Source of the DNA: Cupriavidus necator
Lineage (GTDB): Bacteria > Pseudomonadota > Gammaproteobacteria > Burkholderiales > Burkholderiaceae
Direction of reading: 5' to 3'
NCBI RefSeq assembly: GCF_016127575.1
Contig: NZ_CP066018.1
Location: 1,590,001 to 1,622,000, forward strand
Length of the DNA: 32,000 nt
Of this stretch, positions 1-5,017 are shown piece by piece (position 1 is the stretch's first letter; each line of letters begins with the position of its first letter). The notes beneath the pieces are model-generated. The model saw nothing but the letters and a program-made list of their open reading frames with translations. It had not been told where the DNA came from and did not search any database. A program made the position numbers and the translations under genes.

Positions 1-1
1 G

Positions 2-532
2 CTGTCGATCGCGGTAGCCGCGGCCGGGGTGGCCTGGCTGACGGTGGCGGCAGGCCAGCTGCCGTGGATCGCGCTGGGGCTGGCGGCCAGTTTCGGCGGC
101 TATGGCCTGCTGCGCAAGACCGGCGCGCTGGGTGCGCTGGAAGGGCTGTCGCTGGAGACGCTGCTGGTGTTCCCGATGGCCGCGGCGGCACTGGCCTGGC
201 TGTTCGCGACCGGCCAGGACAGCTTCACCCACGCAGCGCCGGGTACGCAGTGGCTGCTGCTGCTGGCCGGGCCGGTCACGGCGGTGCCGCTGCTGTTCTT
301 TGCGGCCGGCGCGCGGCGCATTCCGCTGTCGTTGCTGGGCCTGCTGCAGTACACCGGGCCGACGCTGCAGCTGCTGCTGGGCGTGTGGCTGTGGAACGAG
401 CCGTTCCCGGCGCAGAAGCAGGTCGGCTACGCGCTGATCTGGCTATCGCTGGCCTTGTATGCAGCCGAGGGGCTATGGATGAATACGCGGCAGAAGCCCG
501 CTATCATCCAGTCGACCAATGAAATCAACTAA
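2..532 (+). CDS. rarD: RarD/EamA-family (DMT superfamily) permease, C-terminal part; the 5' end lies upstream of the window
   Basis: The frame is open from position 2 to the stop at 530-532. The product is hydrophobic and multi-helix, and the segment LLQYTGPTLQLLLGVWLWNEPF is typical of RarD-type EamA repeats. The overlapping alternative frames are Arg/Ala-rich shadows. Confidence 0.75.
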   Translation: MSIAVAAAGVAWLTVAAGQLPWIALGLAASFGGYGLLRKTGALGALEGLSLETLLVFPMAAAALAWLFATGQDSFTHAAPGTQWLLLLAGPVTAVPLLFFAAGARRIPLSLLGLLQYTGPTLQLLLGVWLWNEPFPAQKQVGYALIWLSLALYAAEGLWMNTRQKPAIIQSTNEIN

Positions 533-585
533 AAATCAACTCATTTCATTTGTCACACGCATAACTGATACGGTGCCTGGCCACC

Positions 586-1665
586 ATGTCTGCCCCGCCT
601 GATGCCACTCCCGCAGTCCAGCGCAAGATCATCCATTGCGACTGCGACTGTTTCTACGCCTCGGTCGAGATGCGCGACGACCCCTCGCTGCGCGGCCGCC
701 CGATGGCCGTGGGCGGCTCGCCCGACCGGCGCGGGGTGATTGCCACCTGCAACTATGAAGCGCGCGCCTTTGGCGTGCGTTCGGCGATGCCGTCGGCGCA
801 GGCGCTCAAGCGTTGCCCGGACCTGCTGATCGTGCGCCCGGCGATGGACAAGTACCGCGAGGTCTCGCGCCGGATCTTCGCGATCTATCGCGAATACACC
901 ACGCTGGTCGAACCGCTGTCGCTGGACGAAGCCTACCTGGACGTGAGCCTTTGCACCCGCCACGCCGGCAGCGCCACCCGCATCGCCGAGGAAATCCGCC
1001 AGCGTGTGCGCGATGAAGTGGGCGTGACGGTATCGGCCGGGGTGGGGCCGAGCAAGTTCGTGGCCAAGATCGCCAGCGACTGGAACAAGCCCGACGGGCT
1101 GTTCGTGGTCAAGCCGGCGGCGGTCGATGGCTTTGTCGCCGCGCTGCCGGTGGAACGCATCCACGGCGTAGGCAAGGTCACCGCGGCCAAGCTGCGGCGC
1201 CTGGGTGCCGGGACCTGCGGCGACCTGCGGCCGTGGTCGCCGGACCGGCTGCACCGCGAGTTCGGCGTCTTCGGGGCGCGGCTCTACAAGCTGTGCCGCG
1301 GGGTCGACGAGCGCGAGGTCACGCCCGAGCGCGAGCGCAAGTCGATCAGCGTGGAAGAGACCTATGCCGACGACCTGCCCGACCTGCAGGCCTGCATGGC
1401 CGAGCTGGAACCGCTCATCGCCATGCTGGAAGCCCGCATTGAGCGGGCTCAGGCACACGACACCATCGACAAGCTGACCGTGAAGCTGCGCTTCTCTGAC
1501 TTCCGCCAGACCACGGTGGAATGCCGCGGCCACGCGCCGGACCGCACCGTCTACGCGCGCCTGCTGGCCGAGGGCCATGCGCGCCGGGGCTTGCCAGTGC
1601 GGCTGCTGGGGGTGGGGGTAGGGACCAGCGACCGGGATACGTCGCAGCTGGAACTGTTCGACTGA
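586..1665 (+). CDS. dinB: DNA polymerase IV (Y-family translesion polymerase)
   Basis: 359 aa. The N-terminus KIIHCDCDCFYASVEMRDDPSLRGRPMAVGG matches the DinB/UmuC catalytic motif (compare E. coli IIHVDMDCFFAAVEMRD). SLDEAYLDV and the little-finger region are present. Confidence 0.95.
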   Translation: MSAPPDATPAVQRKIIHCDCDCFYASVEMRDDPSLRGRPMAVGGSPDRRGVIATCNYEARAFGVRSAMPSAQALKRCPDLLIVRPAMDKYREVSRRIFAIYREYTTLVEPLSLDEAYLDVSLCTRHAGSATRIAEEIRQRVRDEVGVTVSAGVGPSKFVAKIASDWNKPDGLFVVKPAAVDGFVAALPVERIHGVGKVTAAKLRRLGAGTCGDLRPWSPDRLHREFGVFGARLYKLCRGVDEREVTPERERKSISVEETYADDLPDLQACMAELEPLIAMLEARIERAQAHDTIDKLTVKLRFSDFRQTTVECRGHAPDRTVYARLLAEGHARRGLPVRLLGVGVGTSDRDTSQLELFD

Positions 1666-1671
1666 GCGCAG

Positions 1672-1691
1672 GATTATTCGAGCGAATAATC
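1672..1691. terminator. AT-rich hairpin GATTATTCG-AG-CGAATAATC in the convergent dinB / lipoprotein gap
   Basis: The inverted repeat was read directly. It has no clear U-tract, so terminator function is uncertain. A second 7-bp inverted repeat, CAATAGC-caa-GCTATTG, lies at 1729-1745 and overlaps the stop codon of the minus-strand gene. Confidence 0.3.
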
Positions 1692-1739
1692 AACGCACCT
1701 TAAATAATGGTGTATTGATAAATCGCATCAATAGCCAAG

Positions 1740-2660
1740 CTATTGCAGGTCGTTGCGCATCACCAGCAGCCACGGCATATGCGAATTGGTGACGCCGTCG
1801 AGCCGGCCCGAATCGCCCAGCTCGATCTCCTCCATCGACACCGACTGCTGGACATTGCCGCCGATGGCACGCACCACGCGCGTGGCCGGATCCACGCCGA
1901 CCACGATGTCGCAGTGCATAGGGGTGGTGCCGAAGCCGATTTCGGCGATGTCCTCCAGATAGCGGTCGCGTCCGCGCCCGGCGCAGATGATGTCGCCGGG
2001 CCGGGGCATGGCGGGGACGGGCTCGATATGGAAGGCTGGCCTGGGCAGGATGCCGTCGCGGGCATCGACCACGTACATCGAGTGCGACTGCCCGGTCAGG
2101 AACTGGCGCTCGTCCAGCCCCGCCTTGCGCAGCACCCATGAGATAAACACCGCCGACCAGGCCCAGGATCCCTGCGTCACCTGCCGGCAGCCGGGCGCTT
2201 CGCCGACGATGCCCCAGTAGCGGCGCGCCAGCGAGCAGCCCAGGGGCGTGGCTTCCATGCCGGTGCCGTCCGGAAAGGACAGGCAGCTGGCGGCCGGTGG
2301 CGGATTGCCGTTGGTCTTGGATTCGGTATCGGTGGTGGCGGCAGCGGGTGCCCCGGCCTCCGCGGGGGACGGTGGCTGGGCCTCCGGGATCTCTGGCAGT
2401 GGCGCAGGCAGTTCCGGTGCGGGCACCGGGCTGTAGGTGACGCAGGAGGTGTCGTCCCGGCCCAGCCGCACCACCTGCCCGCCCCAGCGGGCCCATTCCT
2501 GCGTGGCGATCTCGACGATGCGTTCGCGCGGCGTGGCGCCCGGGCGCGTCACCGGCCTTTCGGTGTCGGGCAGCGCGCGCGCCTGCGGCCGCACCGGCTC
2601 GCTGACGGTGGTGCAGGCACTCAGCAGTGCCAGCGCCACGGCAACACAGGCCGCGCGCAT
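1740..2660 (-). CDS. Lipoprotein with a C-terminal DUF2272-like domain (function unknown)
   Basis: The ORF is 1740-2774. I place the start at the internal ATG at 2660, which gives MRAACVAVALALLSAC, a canonical lipoprotein signal with lipobox LSAC. A Pro/Ala-rich linker follows, then WAWSAVFISWVLRKAG...PRPGDIICAGRG...MHCDIVV, which I recognise as DUF2272-like from memory and have not searched. The start could instead be upstream at 2774 or 2756. Confidence 0.65.
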   Translation of the reverse strand: MRAACVAVALALLSACTTVSEPVRPQARALPDTERPVTRPGATPRERIVEIATQEWARWGGQVVRLGRDDTSCVTYSPVPAPELPAPLPEIPEAQPPSPAEAGAPAAATTDTESKTNGNPPPAASCLSFPDGTGMEATPLGCSLARRYWGIVGEAPGCRQVTQGSWAWSAVFISWVLRKAGLDERQFLTGQSHSMYVVDARDGILPRPAFHIEPVPAMPRPGDIICAGRGRDRYLEDIAEIGFGTTPMHCDIVVGVDPATRVVRAIGGNVQQSVSMEEIELGDSGRLDGVTNSHMPWLLVMRNDLQ

Positions 2661-2672
2661 GGTGCCTGCAGC

Positions 2673-2732
2673 CTGTGGAGAAAGCTGTGGAACCGGCTGT
2701 GGAAAGCGCTGTGCATAACGCTGTGGAGATCT
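2673..2732. repeat. Five head-to-tail 12-bp units: CTGTGGAGAAAG / CTGTGGAACCGG / CTGTGGAAAGCG / CTGTGCATAACG / CTGTGGAGATCT
   Basis: The CTGTG(G/C)A cores start at 2673, 2685, 2697, 2709 and 2721, an exact 12-bp period. The array begins 13 bp upstream of the lipoprotein start. Each unit contains a 9-mer resembling the reverse DnaA box TGTGNAWAA, scoring 8/9, 7/9, 8/9, 9/9 and 7/9 by my count. Confidence 0.85.
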
Positions 2733-2995
2733 GCGGCGCGGCGGACGGGCAAGCATGGAGGCCCCATGTGGCACGGCACCCGGTCCGGCCTGTCACGGCC
2801 ACGGCTGGACGCCTGTTGGAAGACTTCGCGCGCGATCGCTCCGGCGACGGATTCAGCGATGCGGCGGATACTGCAGAAAATCAGCTTACCGCTGTGGATA
2901 ACGTCCCCCGCCTGGCGCTCGCCAGCGCCCTCGGGCACCGGGCGGCGGCATGGCGGGGTCTGACAATTCGGGCCCTGCAGTGCAGCCCGTCAGGC

Positions 2996-3274
2996 TCACT
3001 GGTTGACAGCGTCCTTGAACTTCTGGCCAGCCTTGAACTTCACGGTCTTGGCTGCTTCGACCTTGATTTCTTCGCCGGTACGCGGGTTGCGCGCCATGCG
3101 CTCGCCACGCTCGCCCTTGCTGAACGTGCCAAAGCCGATGAGGCTCAGCGTTTCGCCCTTGGCCACGGCGTCCATGATGGCCGACAGGGTCACGTTCAGT
3201 GCCTGTTCCGCCTTGGACTTGGTCAGACCGTCCACCCCGGCTGCGATAGCGTCGATCAGTTCGGTTTTCGTCAT
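2996..3274 (-). CDS. hupB: HU-family nucleoid-associated DNA-binding protein
   Basis: 92 aa: MTKTELIDAIA...FGTFSKGERGERMARNPRTGEEIKVEAAKTVKFKAGQKFKDAV. It shows the classic HU/IHF fold signature, including the RNPxTGEEI arm. Confidence 0.95.
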   Translation of the reverse strand: MTKTELIDAIAAGVDGLTKSKAEQALNVTLSAIMDAVAKGETLSLIGFGTFSKGERGERMARNPRTGEEIKVEAAKTVKFKAGQKFKDAVNQ

Positions 3275-3815
3275 GCTTCACTCCGTATCGAGTTGATAAA
3301 ACACAGGCGTCCGCATGCCGGGCGGCCTGACTGGCACCGCTCCGGCAAAGACACCGCGGGCCACATGATACCGTGTCGGACAAGGCGCACCGGGAACAGA
3401 TTGTTACCTGGCAGTTTCCGCGAGGCCGCGCCAGGCTGGGCTTCGCGGCAAATCGACGCAGCTGGGTACAGCCATCGCAAGCCGCGGAAGGTGACGAAAG
3501 CGTCCTAAGCTGACAGGCAGGGGCCCCCAGGTCGCGCAGGCGAGATAGCGGGCGGGCCGCGTACCTAGCCTCTCACCCATCCCTCGCCAGAGGCCCTCAG
3601 AGGCCCTCTGCCCACGCGCAGGCGCATTGGACAGGGCTGGAGAGCTACTGACGGCCAGAAACGCTTGCAGGCGCTCTGGCAGCCTCGGAGGCGCAGACTG
3701 CACTATGTTGCATGTTGTCGGATCATTGGGCTGGCGGCGAACCCAGCCGCTATTCGGCGCATGCATGGCACCTTGCCGGGGCGGTTTACGAACCGGCTCC
3801 AGATCCTGCGGGCGG

Positions 3816-3864
3816 CGTATACGTGAAAGTCGGTGTGGTTGGGCGTATACGCCCGAGGTATACG
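3816..3864. repeat. Left CGTATACG module: CGTATACGTG-N15-GGGCGTATACG-N5-GGTATACG
   Basis: GTATAC hexamers lie at 3817, 3845 and 3858. GGCGTATACGCC (3843-3854) is a perfect 12-bp palindrome. Confidence 0.85.
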
Positions 3865-3980
3865 CCGAATCTTCAAATCCAAAACCACAAAGCTTCGCGC
3901 TATCGCGACGTTTACAGTCCCGGCCATTTGGATGATGCCTTGGGGGCATTCTTTTGCTGACGCCGTTGGTTCGTTCTTTC

Positions 3981-4048
3981 GGTTTACCTTCTTCTTTCAT
4001 GTATACAAATAGTAGTAGTAAGTAAACACCCGCCCCCGCTGTGGAAAA
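3981..4048. promoter_or_regulatory. AT-rich tract + TAGTAGTAGTAA run (4010-4021) + 11-nt pure G/C cluster (4029-4039) + consensus DnaA box TGTGGAAAA (4040-4048)
   Basis: Read directly: cttctttcatGTATACaaaTAGTAGTAGTAAGTAAACAcccgcccccgcTGTGGAAAA. The order and orientation (AT-rich, then G/C cluster, then TGTGGAWAA) parallel the DUE / R1-box junction of E. coli oriC. The 5'-TAG-3' repeats equal the 3'-GAT-5' DnaA-trio motif. Function is inferred only. Confidence 0.4.
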
Positions 4049-4074
4049 CCACGTAAACGTCTTTCGGTTCAACG

Positions 4075-4086
4075 GTTTACGTAAAC
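4075..4086. repeat. Perfect 12-bp palindrome GTTTACGTAAAC, part of a CG(G/T)TTTACG motif family
   Basis: GTTTAC occurs at 3784, 3910, 3982 and 4075. GTAAAC occurs at 4022, 4053, 4081 and 4262. Motif orientation flips around the AT-rich core near 4000-4020. Confidence 0.8.
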
Positions 4087-4221
4087 GAGAAGTGGTCGTA
4101 TCCAATGTTGGTCGAGGTGGATGACTCAACCATCCGGAGGAGGCCAGTGCCGCAAGCCCTCCGACTTATGCCTGAGGCATCCCCATGCCAGCCCCAGGCA
4201 GCCCACATCCAATCCGCGTGC

Positions 4222-4252
4222 TTGTCCACAGTTCGAGGCGGGGTTATCCACA
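4222..4252 (+). promoter_or_regulatory. Tandem, same-orientation DnaA-box-like 9-mers TTGTCCACA (4222-4230) and TTATCCACA (4244-4252)
   Basis: The second is a perfect match to the TTATCCACA consensus and the first matches 8/9. Their starts are 22 bp apart. Confidence 0.5.
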
Positions 4253-4298
4253 CGCGGGGACGTAAACGGGCGTCGCGGCTGAGGCGGAAATGGGGTGC

Positions 4299-4370
4299 CG
4301 TATACGTGTCAATCGCAACCAGGGCGTATACGGTGAGGTCGCCGGAAAGGGGTGTTACGTATACGTGTCA
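4299..4370. repeat. Right CGTATACG module: CGTATACGTGTCA-N11-GGGCGTATACG-N25-CGTATACGTGTCA
   Basis: GTATAC lies at 4300, 4326 and 4359. The 13-nt direct repeat CGTATACGTGTCA sits at 4299-4311 and 4358-4370. The CGTATACGTG-N13-GGGCGTATACG arrangement mirrors the left module as a direct repeat about 483 bp away. Confidence 0.85.
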
Positions 4371-4458
4371 CGGTTGCACCGGTATCATCCCCGATCGCGC
4401 CGGAACGGCCGGCACAGCGGGCCACTCAGGCAAACAGGCGACGAGCACGGAAAGGCAA

Positions 4459-4974
4459 ATGGCGGACAAGGCAAAGCGCAAGGCAGCGGACGAGGGCAAG
4501 AAGAAGACGGCGAGCGACCGGATCGAGGTGCGCCAGTCAGGCGTGCACGGCAAGGGCGTCTATGCGATCGGCCAGATCGCCGAAGGCGAACGCGTGATCG
4601 AGTACAAGGGCGAGCACATTTCGTGGAAGAAGGCGCTGGAGCGCCATCCGCACGATCCCAGCGATCCCAACCACACTTTCTACTTCAGCCTGGACGACGG
4701 CAGCGTCATCGACGCCAAGTACGGCGGTAACCGCGCGCGCTGGATCAACCACGCCTGCGAACCCAACTGCGAAGCGCGCGAGAAAAAGGGCCGCGTCTTC
4801 ATCCACGCGCTGCGCGACATTGCCGAGGGCGAGGAGTTGTTCTACGACTACGGCCTGGTCATCGACGCGCGCTATACCGCCAAGCTGAAGAAGGAGTTCG
4901 AGTGCCGCTGCGGCAGCCCGCAATGCCGCGGCACCATGCTGGCACCGAAAGAAAAGAAGAAGAAGGCCAAGTAA
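4459..4974 (+). CDS. SET-domain protein (putative protein-lysine N-methyltransferase) with Lys-rich N- and C-terminal tails
   Basis: I start the gene at ATG 4459, preceded by GGAAAGG. This gives 171 aa: MADKAKRKAADEGKKK...VRQSGVHGKGVYA...RWINHACEPNC...GEELFYDYG...CRCGSPQCRG...KEKKKKAK. The SET signatures NHxCxPN and ELxYDY and a post-SET CxCxxxxC are present. The 4105-4458 part of the ORF looks non-coding. Confidence 0.85.
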   Translation: MADKAKRKAADEGKKKTASDRIEVRQSGVHGKGVYAIGQIAEGERVIEYKGEHISWKKALERHPHDPSDPNHTFYFSLDDGSVIDAKYGGNRARWINHACEPNCEAREKKGRVFIHALRDIAEGEELFYDYGLVIDARYTAKLKKEFECRCGSPQCRGTMLAPKEKKKKAK

Positions 4975-5017
4975 GGCGCGCGTCCCAACCCGCGCCTCCG
5001 CCAGCGCAGCGGCGGGT

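Larger units (their letters stand above)
3275..4458. other. ~1.2 kb gene-free island with a locally AT-rich core and dense short repeats; no convincing CDS
   Basis: The only ORFs here (3404-4129 minus, and the 4105-4458 leader of the SET ORF) translate to Arg/Pro/Gly-rich, compositionally atypical peptides with low third-position GC in the AT-rich part. By hand count, 3981-4030 is about 32% G+C and 3961-4110 about 45%, against about 66% in the flanking genes. Confidence 0.7.

Noticed and set aside
533-585. LexA (SOS) box upstream of dinB
   Set aside because: I expected CTGT-N8-ACAG, but the 53-bp leader (…catttgtcacacgcataactgatacgg…) contains no such dyad. SOS control cannot be claimed from this sequence.
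2673-2732. Whether the 12-bp periodic array could be a CRISPR array
   Set aside because: The units are only 12 bp, directly abutting with no spacers. There are no cas genes and no 24-40-bp repeat structure. This is a simple tandem repeat.
3500-3960. Searched the GC-richer left half of the island for tRNA, tmRNA, RNase P or other known RNA genes. One weak terminator-like hairpin, ATGCC-ttggg-GGCAT followed by TCTTTT, lies at 3935-3955 on the plus strand.
   Set aside because: I found no T-loop (GGTTCGAAT-type) or acceptor-stem pattern. There is no RNase P P4 motif; gtgaaagtcgg only vaguely resembles GAGGAAAGTCCGG. The hairpin has a 5-bp stem and no identifiable upstream promoter. An sRNA is possible but unsupported without expression data.
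4075-4086. GTTTACGTAAAC as a ParB-binding parS centromere
   Set aside because: It superficially resembles the 16-bp parS consensus TGTTNCACGTGAAACA, but it is a 12-mer lacking the C/G pair that flanks the central ACGT in the consensus (GTTT-ACGT-AAAC here versus GTTNC-ACGT-GAAAC). No parAB genes are nearby. I kept it as part of the motif family only.
3404-4129. 241-aa minus-strand ORF and several 70-100-aa ORFs inside the island; also the 4105-4458 N-terminal part of the SET ORF
   Set aside because: The peptides are compositionally odd (Arg/Pro/Gly/Ser-rich) and the third-codon-position GC is low in the AT-rich part, unlike every real gene here. No motif was recognised. The SET homology begins only after the internal ATG at 4459, which has its own SD. 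A degraded pseudogene cannot be excluded without BLASTX.
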